Of a stretch of DNA of 64,000 nucleotides, positions 44,048-52,680 are shown piece after piece (the first letter of the stretch is position 1; each line of letters begins with the position of its first letter). The stretch is taken from the NCBI GenBank assembly GCA_963708295.1, contig CAVPSJ010000011.1, positions 224,001-288,000 of the forward strand, given 5' to 3'. The position numbers and the translations under genes were made by a program. A model generated the notes under the pieces. It was not told the origin of the DNA, did not search any database, and was given only the letters and a program-made list of their open reading frames with translations. The stretch comes from an uncultured delta proteobacterium. GTDB lineage: Bacteria; Desulfobacterota; BSN033; UBA1163.

Positions 44048-44389
44048 GCTTTCCCTCTGTCCTTCTTCTCAAACCTGTCCCAATACTCATCAGATGTCCT
44101 TTTAAGATAGACCTTTCATTTGGATTGTCAATAAAATCTTTGGACTTGATTGGACATGGATTCAGAAAAAATTTTATTGTATTTCGTTTGAGCTTGAGTG
44201 AGAAGAAGATTCGTTAATTTTTTTAATCTCAAACTCCATAGTGCTCTTTCATTGAGGAGATTAATTTTTCCATGGCTTGGTGTTCCATGGCCGTGCATGG
44301 TTCAAAAATCCATTTTTCCCTGAGAGTTTCTTGGGTAATATGAATGATGTTCATTTTATACCCCCTATCAATGAGAATCGAGTAAGTCT

Positions 44390-44545
44390 TTATTGTCTGA
44401 ACCATTTAATATCCTTCTTTGCAATCCTCCAATCCCTTCCCACCTTGTGGGCAGGGATTCCCTTAGCCCAAAGCCTCCGATAGATCGTCTTTGGATTAAC
44501 CCCGAAATGGTCTGCAAGCTGGTTGACAGTATAGTAGTCCTTCAT
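44390..44545 (-). CDS. Excisionase-like HTH_17 DNA-binding protein (51 aa, not in the ORF track)
   Basis: Hand translation MKDYYTVNQLADHFGVNPKTIYRRLWAKGIPAHKVGRDWRIAKKDIKWFRQ. Confidence 0.8.
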   Translation of the reverse strand: MKDYYTVNQLADHFGVNPKTIYRRLWAKGIPAHKVGRDWRIAKKDIKWFRQ

Positions 44546-44667
44546 TTCTTTTTTCCCTCAATCCGAAGAGGGCCATTTGAAGGAAGTAATTTAGAACTTT
44601 TGTGTCAATCTCTTTCTCTTGTGGCTCCCATTAAAAATAAAATCCCAGTAATTTCGGACTCTTAAAT

Positions 44668-44684
44668 TTGGCATACAAAATGCA
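44668..44684 (+). promoter_or_regulatory. Sigma54 (-24/-12) promoter
   Basis: TTGGCATACAAAATGCA: GG-N10-GC spacing with a TGGCA element. Confidence 0.6.
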
Positions 44685-44825
44685 TTTTCTAACTCAGGCG
44701 GTTGACTCCGCTTACCTCCTTTTAATGATATCTCCTTTCACAGCACCTTCGGGGGGTGGATCAGGGAAACCCCCCACCAGTTCTGTGTATGTTGGCTTAC
44801 AAGGTTTACAGAAAGGAGAAGTATA

Positions 44826-45050
44826 ATGCAAAAATGGGAGCATTCTTTTTTGATACGATACATAACAGAAAAAACGAGATACAAAGAAGCTGTTTTCATT
44901 GGGTCTGACGGCACAGAAGAAAAATGCCCCGCTAAAGAAGAAGACCTTTTGATAGAGCTTAACAAGTTGGGAGCAGAAGGGTGGGAGGTTGCGGGTTATG
45001 GAGTCTCTCCAAGCCATAAAGCAATATGGACCCTCAAAAGACCTATATAG
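44826..45050 (+). CDS. DUF4177-like small protein
   Basis: MQKWE...LNKLGAEGWEV; AGGAG RBS. Confidence 0.7.
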   Translation: MQKWEHSFLIRYITEKTRYKEAVFIGSDGTEEKCPAKEEDLLIELNKLGAEGWEVAGYGVSPSHKAIWTLKRPI

Positions 45051-45118
45051 AGAAGCAAAGTAGCCTATTATCCCCATAGTTCACATTTTCTTCAATCTCC
45101 CTCTGTTCTCTCGCTTGA

Positions 45119-45307
45119 TCAATACAATCCATCAAGTTCCCTTTTTAGGCAATCCACACAGGCGATGCCCTGCGTGGTGAAGTCAAGCTTTTCATCTCGC
45201 ATAATTTCTCGCTGACAAACATGGCATTGAACTATTAAGTCCACAGGAGGCAACTCACCCGACTTCCTACGTTTCCAAGTGGAGAGGAATTCTTCTGCTG
45301 GATTCAT
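45119..45307 (-). CDS. Hypothetical Zn-finger-like protein
   Basis: Two CxxC motifs; start overlaps the stop of the upstream ORF. Confidence 0.5.
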   Translation of the reverse strand: MNPAEEFLSTWKRRKSGELPPVDLIVQCHVCQREIMRDEKLDFTTQGIACVDCLKRELDGLY

Positions 45308-45549
45308 TGTCCCAAGTCTTGTTTAACCTGACTGATAATCCTCTTAGCTTTTAGAAGCTGCTCCACTGCCAAGTCTCTTTCACTCGTCAAGCTGGCAATG
45401 ATCCTGTGGCATCTTAGAACCTCACCATCTGCCCAGGTTTTATGATCTTCCACAGACTGTTTGACGGCCTGTCCTAAATTCTCCAGAGTTTTCTCAATCG
45501 AATCCTGTCTCTCGATACTCGACTTCAATTTTTCTTGGACTTTCTCCAT
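45304..45549 (-). CDS. Hypothetical coiled-coil protein
   Basis: AGGAG RBS; heptad-like pattern. Confidence 0.5.
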   Translation of the reverse strand: MEKVQEKLKSSIERQDSIEKTLENLGQAVKQSVEDHKTWADGEVLRCHRIIASLTSERDLAVEQLLKAKRIISQVKQDLGQ

Positions 45550-45848
45550 ACTATTCTCCTTCCTGAATCTTCTTTAGACACTTCTCACAGCATGGCTTCT
45601 CTATCCATCATTGCTGATCTGGAACAAGTACCCGTTCAACTCCTGGGGAATGTTATCAATAAGAATTTCTAGTCGTGGTGGTCTTGGGTTCATAATACAG
45701 AGTTCCTTCAGTTCTTAATGGTTACAGCGGTACTGCCTGGAAATATCTTCTTCACTTCCTCAACAATACGAGCTTCTTCCTTGGTCAGCTTCCAGGTTTT
45801 GCTTTTCACTTTCTCGGGTTTTGGTTTTGTGTCTGTCATCTTATTGAT

Positions 45849-45884
45849 AAAAAAGCCGAGACACCATTTAGGTAATCTCGGCTT
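45849..45884 (-). terminator. Intrinsic terminator
   Basis: AAGCCGAG-N16-CTCGGCTTTTTT on the minus strand. Confidence 0.65.
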
Positions 45885-45931
45885 ACTGGCTTTAAGCTTG
45901 CTTGCTTATGACTGGCTTGCCGTTTTATTCG

Positions 45932-46108
45932 TTAATTAAGTATGTAGCCACCATTCCTGGTTCTTATAATTCGGTATTCACGGACCTTTCCGGGCTCAAG
46001 GAGAATAATCAATCTTTTAGGGAATTGGCCCTTACTATCAAGAATAAGTTTATCTCCTTCAATCCTATCTGCATGTAAGTGAGTCTCTGATTTCTTGGTT
46101 TGCTCCAT
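45932..46108 (-). CDS. 58-aa protein with a HemP-like C-terminus (not in the ORF track)
   Basis: Hand translation ends VREYRIIRTRNGGYILN; followed by a terminator. Confidence 0.5.
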   Translation of the reverse strand: MEQTKKSETHLHADRIEGDKLILDSKGQFPKRLIILLEPGKVREYRIIRTRNGGYILN

Positions 46109-46329
46109 GGTTATTTTCCGATTCCTCTTGAAGTCTTACCAGCAAGAATGTTGAATACGGAAGAGACACCCTGCTTCACCGTTTCGCCATGTTTCCGCCT
46201 GATTTCTGGTTAACGATGTCATTCATTACCCTGTCAATCTCCCTTCATCACTCTCAAAGTATGAAGCGGAGGCCCAGGCAGTAGGGAATACCGCTTTTCG
46301 GTAGCGAACCTAGAGCCTCCCTTCAATGT

Positions 46330-46589
46330 TTACTTCTCCTCGGTAGTATCTTCAACCTTTTCCTGCTTTTCCTGTTCACTGGTCGCGGCCTTTTGCACGC
46401 ACTCTCCTAACGCCCCGATTGAGTCAGCTTCCCGGCATTCAGGGTGCTGACGGTAAAGTATAAGACCCCCAATGATCGTCCCCGGCATGAAAAAAAGCCG
46501 CTATCAAAAGCCTCTGTCTTTTTGGTCGTGGTGAGGGTGAAAGTTATAGCAAGCAGGATCGCCAACAGAATAACTATTAAATTCTTCAT
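46330..46589 (-). CDS. Small secreted/membrane protein (frameshifted)
   Basis: MKNLIVILLAILLAITF signal peptide; continues in a second frame to ...VEDTTEEK. Confidence 0.45.
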
Positions 46590-46981
46590 TTTCCGTTCTC
46601 CTTTTTGAATGGGCTCAAAGTCTATCCTGCGCCTCAGTTGATTATATCTCCCCCTTTTGGGATTCTGTAACTGTTTTCTCTTTATCGTGTTCAAACCCTT
46701 TCTTGTCGAATGCCCTAGTCTATCCCTCTGTTTTAAAATATGGGGGGATTTCGTGACTACCTTCGCTCCTTTTCAATAGAATCAAGGCTATTTCGTCACT
46801 CATCTTCATTTTAGAAAATTCCAAAGGTTTCATTAAGTTGTCGGCCTTGCCTATCTTGCGAGAAGCTCAGCGCTTATGCCTATGTCGAGCGAGGGGATAA
46901 CGTTTGAGAAACCGAGTTGCTGCCGAACCATGAATCGATTTAAAGGGAGAACTGATCGAGGAGGGTTTGAAAGCTTTGGCC

Positions 46982-47632
46982 TTATCTTCCGGTCCTTGTT
47001 TTCGCCACATCCCAGCAGTAGTCATAAATATGGAGTCCCTTGCTGGAGGCAATGATCTCACCGTCCTCTACCCCAATCTCCTTCGCCATATATTCCTTAA
47101 GGAGTTGAAGGCCGGCCAGATTGGATGGAAATCCCGCCCATAAATCCCACGAACGGAAGTAGAGCATGAAATGGAGTTTTCCATTACGAATGCGCGTATC
47201 CACGCCGCGGAGGCATTGGGGGTCCTGGAGTAAAATTGAACCGGCGTTGCCGACCGCCATGTACGCCTGATTGGTATTGAGTCCTTCTTCCCGATACATC
47301 CGGATGACTTCGTCGATCTGTTTTTCAAGATCCTCCCCATAGGTGTAGGTTTCGTGGACATCTTTTCTCGATGTGATCAACTTCTCAAGATATTGTTCCA
47401 CGTATTCCATCGAGGTGGGAGGGGGAACATTGCAACCCGGAGGGATGTCCGGGATGAGCGGTCTTGTACCGGGGTGGGTGATGTGGACGACGATATAGTC
47501 ATATTCCAACCTCTTCTGGCCTTTGAAACTTCCCCGGTCGATGGTATATTCATAGCCCTTGTCAAAAAGGTTGTAAACACATTGAAACCATGCGTCTGGC
47601 AAATCCCTTGCCCGAATGAACTCGATCTTCAT
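46982..47632 (-). CDS. thyA: Thymidylate synthase, short archaeal-type ThyA
   Basis: YTYG, PQCL catalytic Cys, FRSWDL, N.AGL and HIY motifs; only 216 aa. Confidence 0.85.
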   Translation of the reverse strand: MKIEFIRARDLPDAWFQCVYNLFDKGYEYTIDRGSFKGQKRLEYDYIVVHITHPGTRPLIPDIPPGCNVPPPTSMEYVEQYLEKLITSRKDVHETYTYGEDLEKQIDEVIRMYREEGLNTNQAYMAVGNAGSILLQDPQCLRGVDTRIRNGKLHFMLYFRSWDLWAGFPSNLAGLQLLKEYMAKEIGVEDGEIIASSKGLHIYDYCWDVAKTRTGR

Positions 47633-47710
47633 CGTTCCCTCTGCGGTCAGTAGATTTTATTTAACGGCTTCTATTAACCCACCTCCCCTGAAGTTGTCAA
47701 CCCGTATGCT

Positions 47711-48028
47711 TTCCCCTTTGAGACGGTGTCGCAATCATAATGAAAAGTAGATATAGGCCGGACAGGCACACAGGCTCCTTAGCTTTAGAATGCGGTCTTG
47801 TAGAATGGGTAATCGAGCTTCTTGCAAGTGCAATCTCTTCATGGGATTGCGGCCCGGTAGCTGACCGATAAAGGGTTTCCGCCCTAAAGCTTCGGAACCT
47901 GGCTGCCTGTCCGGCTTTACGACGGAAGTGGTTTTCCGTGAGTTGTGACACAATCTCTTTGGGGGAGGAAAAGGGTAGTGGTGGCTATCTACTTTTGATT
48001 TTGAACAACAGGTGGCACAAAAGGGGAA
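47711..48028. ncRNA. Candidate large structured non-coding RNA B (unassigned)
   Basis: Nested long-range helices including perfect 9, 11, 12 and 8 bp stems. Confidence 0.6.
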
Positions 48029-48052
48029 TGACGCTTCACTTAATCGGGTATA

Positions 48053-48862
48053 CTACTGATGACGCCAGAAATGATAAAGATAGAGCTGTGCATAGCCTGC
48101 ATAAGGGCCAAAATGATTGGATACAAATTCCTCCATCGCCCTCTCTCCAGTTTTCTTCCGATTAAAATAAGTCTTTTGTAATCCCTTTTTAATCCACGTA
48201 TCCATCGGAAAGGCTTCAAGGAAATCCAACGAATAAAGAAGCGTACAATCCGCAACCTTTTTCCCTACTCCGGAAAGGCTCATTAACCGTTCTCTCGCCT
48301 CCTTGTAGGATAAATCTCTAAGCGAAAGGAGAGCGCTCCTGTCTATGCATTGGCTCGCCTTGACTAAATATTTTGTCCTAAACCCGGCCTTGACCGGTTC
48401 CAATTGGAGAGGGGTTTCCATACAACGGGGCTCTGGAAATCCGTAACCCACATGGTTTCCCCAAGAGATCTTTTTCCCAGAAGATTTGCAAAGGACCTCG
48501 ATCATGGAGCGTATCTGGGAAATGGCTTTGGCCGACGAGCACAGGAAAGAGATCAGACACTCCCATGGATCCTGCCGGATCATTCTTAACCCTCGATATT
48601 TCTCGATGGCCTCGTGAACGACCGGGTCCCGATCGATCTCTTTGTAGACGAAATCCAAGTCTTCATCCAACCTAAAAAAGCGGATCACAAAAGACTCTTC
48701 GACTCCATCATAGAAGAGGAATTCCCCGGCTTGACGGATGGAAAACATTCTATCCGAGGATTGAATCATGTAGGTATCGAGGGCCTTGGTAAATCGAAAG
48801 AATTGTCCGCATTCCAGGGTATGCTGAAGAGAAAAGAAGGGGATTCGAAGTCGGGAGGTCAT
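48053..48862 (-). CDS. ogg: 8-oxoguanine DNA glycosylase (OGG_N + HhH-GPD)
   Basis: LECGQFFR, QDPWECLISF, GVGKKVADC and AGYAQLYL motifs. Confidence 0.9.
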   Translation of the reverse strand: MTSRLRIPFFSLQHTLECGQFFRFTKALDTYMIQSSDRMFSIRQAGEFLFYDGVEESFVIRFFRLDEDLDFVYKEIDRDPVVHEAIEKYRGLRMIRQDPWECLISFLCSSAKAISQIRSMIEVLCKSSGKKISWGNHVGYGFPEPRCMETPLQLEPVKAGFRTKYLVKASQCIDRSALLSLRDLSYKEARERLMSLSGVGKKVADCTLLYSLDFLEAFPMDTWIKKGLQKTYFNRKKTGERAMEEFVSNHFGPYAGYAQLYLYHFWRHQ

Positions 48863-49043
48863 TCTTTTTTCCCACCCCAGGTCGAATGATAGCGGCGGTA
48901 TAAGCTTCTAAGTTGAAATATTTCTCAGCCACCCGGTGTCCACGCCGTCTCTCTCATGTTCCGGCCCGGCCTCAGGCCAGGAGGTATCCCACCGCTTCTG
49001 GCGGCGGAGTCCGAGGGGTTGATTTTTTCCCGTGGTGACTCCC

Positions 49044-49754
49044 CTATTTTTCAAGGCTGGATATTTTTCTTAATACGATATTTGCCATCTGGGATTTTTC
49101 GGAGATTTTCATAAAACTCTTATAATTCTCGAGCGCCTCTTTGGTCTTCCCCATTTTTTCACTGCACCGCCCCAGGCCTAAATAGGCACTGGCCAATTGG
49201 AAGCCCTGTCCCAAATCAATGATCTTCTGAAAGGCTTGCATCGCCTTTTCATAATCCTTCTTGCCCTCGTAAGAGTAACCCAGACCTTCCATGGCAAACG
49301 CGCGGTAGAGTTTTTCTTTCCCCGCTTTTTCGAGGTAATTCTCATAGGTCTTGATGGCTTCATCAAATTCGCCCAGCCTCAGATGGATATTCCCCTTGTA
49401 TAACACGGCCAGTTTACCCGACTGAGTTTTCGGGAATTTTGCGATCACCTCATTAAATCTTTCTATGGCATTCTTATATTCTTGGGGGGACCCTTCCCGA
49501 TACGGGGAGCTGACCATCTGGTAGGTCTCCATCGCTATATTAAACATCTGGTCAGCATCTTCCGTTTTTTTCTTATCCCAAGTTTGAAATAGAAAGGTAA
49601 ATAATAGAAGGATCAAAACAATACCCGCCCCCAAGCCAATGGGCTTGGCATGATGGGTGATAAAAAGATACATTCTCTCCGTAAAGGTAATAAATTCATC
49701 GGGTTCTTTCAGCTTCCTTTTTATAATTTTCTTTGTACTGGTCATTTTAGCCAC
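49044..49754 (-). CDS. YfgM-like TPR membrane protein
   Basis: LKEPDEF motif, one TM helix, TPR repeats. Confidence 0.8.
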   Translation of the reverse strand: MAKMTSTKKIIKRKLKEPDEFITFTERMYLFITHHAKPIGLGAGIVLILLLFTFLFQTWDKKKTEDADQMFNIAMETYQMVSSPYREGSPQEYKNAIERFNEVIAKFPKTQSGKLAVLYKGNIHLRLGEFDEAIKTYENYLEKAGKEKLYRAFAMEGLGYSYEGKKDYEKAMQAFQKIIDLGQGFQLASAYLGLGRCSEKMGKTKEALENYKSFMKISEKSQMANIVLRKISSLEK

Positions 49755-49772
49755 CTTTCAGAATAGAATTCC

Positions 49773-51704
49773 CTATTTTTTTTCAGCTTTTTGAGAAGTA
49801 CCTCGCAGGACCCTTTTCTCCCCTAAGCGAAGGGTCAGTTTAATCTGGTCAAAATACTCAATCAATGGAATGACGTATTTTCTCGAGGCCCTGGTCATCT
49901 CTTTAAATTGCGGGGTTGTGATTTCCTGATGACTCTTTAAATAGGAGATTAGTTGCTCTCTCAAGTTTTCGAAGGAGACGTGATGGAAATAGATTTCATT
50001 CTTGATCCTGACCAAAACCCCTTCATGAGCGAGATGCTCAAAAACGGCTCGAACCTCCCCTTCGCTTTCAGACCATTTTTCCGACAATTCTTTCGGGGAC
50101 GGCGGCTGGAGCGCCCCCTTCAAAACAGCCGCCTCTATTCGCTTCGCCAACCCCTTCTCGTCTACCGACGAAATATGGTGACCGGAAAGTCTCAATTTGT
50201 CCCTTTCCAGTACGACTTCCTTCGACTGGATGAGCTCATTGATGAGGATTTGGAAAAGCTTGACATCCACCTCCGGAGGAAGTTTTGTTCTCAGCTCCTC
50301 TTTGGACGACCCGAATTTCATCGGAAATCGCTGATGGAATTCTTTCAATTGCACCAGCGCCACTCCTCTTAATGCCTGGTAGGGTCCTTTTGCAATAACC
50401 TTTAGTTTCTCAGTATCGATGAATAAGAGATCCCCTCTCCTCACCATCTGTCTGATGACTGTCTGGACGTCGCCCGGTGACATCTCGACGCGGTTCGATA
50501 ACTCTTCCAGGGCGATGCCTCCCATGCCTGAATGATCGATGTGCTGTCGTAGGGCCTGTTCACTCGTCCCGTCTTTGAGGAGACTCAGGTCAGCGATCAC
50601 TGACGGAGAAAACCTCTTATGTTTGTCAGGATGGGCGTCCAGTATCACGCCTCCTCCCATGGTTTGGATGGCGGAAGAACCCCGGATGACAAAGCGGTCC
50701 TGGGGAAGAGCCACCACCGGTTGCTCCAATCTCAACTGAACAAAACCAGCTTGTCCCGGAACAAGCTCTTCCCGATCAAGGAGAAAGACGGATGCGCCCG
50801 TCAGGGTGGTCCCTACATGAAACCTCTGCTTGGTGCGGTGCTTTAAGGAACGTGGGGCATGGGACAAATACTCAAGATAGGCATCGATCAGCTGAGTGGC
50901 ACGAAGGGTGTTCGGTCGTATGAGAACGTCCCCTCGCTCGACCGCTGAAGTTTCTATTCCTTGAAGGTTGACTGCCGTCCTCTCCCCGGCGACTGCCTCT
51001 TCGACACTTCGACCGTAAACCTGGAGGTTTCTGACTTTCCCTTCTAAGCCGGAAGGCAACACTTGAACCGTCTCCCCAAGAGAAAGGCTTCCGGAAATCA
51101 AGGTCCCCGTCACCACCGTTCCAAAACCCTTCATGGTAAAGACACGGTCGATCGGCAAGCGGAATAAACCCTCGGAGGACCTTTCCCTGACTTCCTGGGA
51201 CAGGAGATCGAGAGCGGAAAGGAGTTGAGGAATTCCCTCCCTTGTCACAGAAGAGACGGGAAGGATTGGAGCATCTTCTAAGAATGTCCCCCGGACGATT
51301 TCAGTGACTTCCTCTTTAACCAACTCTAATAACTCATGATCAAGCAGATCGATTTTGGTTAGGACAACTAACCCCTTGTTTACTTTCAAAAGTCTGCAGA
51401 TATCCAAATGCTCCCTCGTCTGTGGCATGACCCCTTCATCTGCAGCAATGACGAGGGCGACCAAGTCGATTCCCCAGACGCCCGCCACCATATGCTTAAC
51501 GAACTTCTCGTGACCCGGCACATCAATGATCCCGAGCCGGATCCCGCTCGGAAGGTCCAGGAAAGCAAACCCCAGTTCAATCGTGATCCCTCTCTCCTTT
51601 TCCTCTTTCAATCGATCTGTATCCACCCCGGTGAGAGCTTTAACAAGAGAAGTTTTTCCGTGGTCGATGTGCCCGGCTGTCCCGAGAATCACATGCTTCA
51701 TCAA
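49773..51704 (-). CDS. selB: Selenocysteine-specific elongation factor
   Basis: [21 protein letters not shown] and DVPGHEKF motifs; C-terminal winged-helix [13 protein letters not shown]. Confidence 0.96.
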   Translation of the reverse strand: MMKHVILGTAGHIDHGKTSLVKALTGVDTDRLKEEKERGITIELGFAFLDLPSGIRLGIIDVPGHEKFVKHMVAGVWGIDLVALVIAADEGVMPQTREHLDICRLLKVNKGLVVLTKIDLLDHELLELVKEEVTEIVRGTFLEDAPILPVSSVTREGIPQLLSALDLLSQEVRERSSEGLFRLPIDRVFTMKGFGTVVTGTLISGSLSLGETVQVLPSGLEGKVRNLQVYGRSVEEAVAGERTAVNLQGIETSAVERGDVLIRPNTLRATQLIDAYLEYLSHAPRSLKHRTKQRFHVGTTLTGASVFLLDREELVPGQAGFVQLRLEQPVVALPQDRFVIRGSSAIQTMGGGVILDAHPDKHKRFSPSVIADLSLLKDGTSEQALRQHIDHSGMGGIALEELSNRVEMSPGDVQTVIRQMVRRGDLLFIDTEKLKVIAKGPYQALRGVALVQLKEFHQRFPMKFGSSKEELRTKLPPEVDVKLFQILINELIQSKEVVLERDKLRLSGHHISSVDEKGLAKRIEAAVLKGALQPPSPKELSEKWSESEGEVRAVFEHLAHEGVLVRIKNEIYFHHVSFENLREQLISYLKSHQEITTPQFKEMTRASRKYVIPLIEYFDQIKLTLRLGEKRVLRGTSQKAEKK

Positions 51705-51834
51705 TCACCCCTCAGACGAATCCTTTGATGAACTGTTTAAAGATAACAAAAAGCGTTCCATCTTTCAATTCCATTCCTTTCTCAGCCTCTCCGTTCATCT
51801 TTATTTCACTTTATTTCACTCCAAAACAGAAGAT

Positions 51835-52048
51835 CGGGTCTCCCCAACCCAGGAAAGACAAGCGCCTAAGAAGGGTGGGGCTAAAGCAGGCCCGGGTATA
51901 TTGCTCAGGAACAATATATCTCTCTCCAGTGATCAATTTCCCTGTGATTGCCGGGTGGTATTCTCTCTTTTGCCCGTTCCGTCGAGGTCTCCACAGGATG
52001 GGTGGTGCAATCGGCATGGGATCAGGGAAACAGGGTGGTACCGCCCTT
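51835..52048. ncRNA. Candidate structured non-coding element C (unassigned)
   Basis: Several stems, many needing G-U pairs on the plus strand; four GGGTGG motifs; ends in a T-box-like GGGTGGTACCGC. Confidence 0.45.
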
Positions 52049-52179
52049 AAATGCATATAAATCAATAGCTGGGAGAATGGCTCCTCACAATGTTTAAATC
52101 CTGTGGAAAAAAAGGTTCCTGTTCCGTATACCCCCTCAATTCTCTTATATAATTGAATATGTGGAAGAAAATCTCTGAA

Positions 52180-52247
52180 TAAAATGTTGATATTTCAATA
52201 GGTTACATTATTGTGGCTGCAAAGCAAAGAAACACAACATCTTGTGG
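52180..52247. promoter_or_regulatory. IHF site plus tandem NrdR-box-like sites
   Basis: Reverse-complement TATCAACATTTTA at 52180-52192 fits WATCAANNNNTTR; ACACAACATCTTGTGG at 52232-52247 with a weaker copy 31 bp upstream. Confidence 0.5.
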
Positions 52248-52335
52248 TTTGTGACGTAACTTTCAAAACCTCGATGTTTACAACCTGTTCATATGCCATC
52301 TGCCGCTTACCTGTTTCCTGACCTTTTCTGATAAT

Positions 52336-52368
52336 AAAAAAGGGGAGAATCTCACCCTTCTCCCCCTT
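52336..52368 (-). terminator. Intrinsic terminator of hup
   Basis: GGGGAGAA-loop-TTCTCCCC followed by a T-run on the minus strand. Confidence 0.75.
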
Positions 52369-52407
52369 CTATCAATGCTCCTAAAGCAGGATTTATCTTA
52401 TAAAGGA

Positions 52408-52680
52408 TTACCTTACCGCACTTTTTAACACATTCCCTGCTTTGAATTTTGCCACCCGCGTGGCAGGGATCTTGATCTCCCTCCCGGTTTGGGGATTTCT
52501 CCCTGTTCTAGCCCTCCTCTTCGCCACAGAGAACGTCCCAAATCCCGTCAACGCCAGTTTGTCCCCCTTTTTTAACGCCTTCATCACCGTATTGGTAAAT
52601 GCATTAATGGCTTTTTCAGCTGACGCTTTCGAGATCTTGGCTTCCTTCCCTATACTGGCGATCAACTCCGCCTTTGTCAT
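52408..52680 (-). CDS. hup: Histone-like DNA-binding protein HU
   Basis: GFGTF and RTGRNPQTG motifs. Confidence 0.95.
   Translation of the reverse strand: MTKAELIASIGKEAKISKASAEKAINAFTNTVMKALKKGDKLALTGFGTFSVAKRRARTGRNPQTGREIKIPATRVAKFKAGNVLKSAVR

Larger units (their letters stand above)
41313..46900. mobile_element. Decayed integrative/prophage-like island between folE2 and thyA (boundaries approximate)
   Basis: AT-richer than flanks; integrase stump, RHH, excisionase-like HTH, many small ORFs, duplicated secreted-protein genes. Confidence 0.7.

Noticed and set aside
47711-48028. RNase P RNA, tmRNA, SRP RNA or group II intron
   Set aside because: No GAGGAAAGTCC/AACCCGGCTTA pair, no tRNA-like ends, no CAGG-GNRA-AGCA helix 8, and no domain V
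52060-52400. Chromosomal origin oriC
   Set aside because: Only one or two imperfect DnaA boxes, no dnaA gene, and gene orientation does not switch across the region
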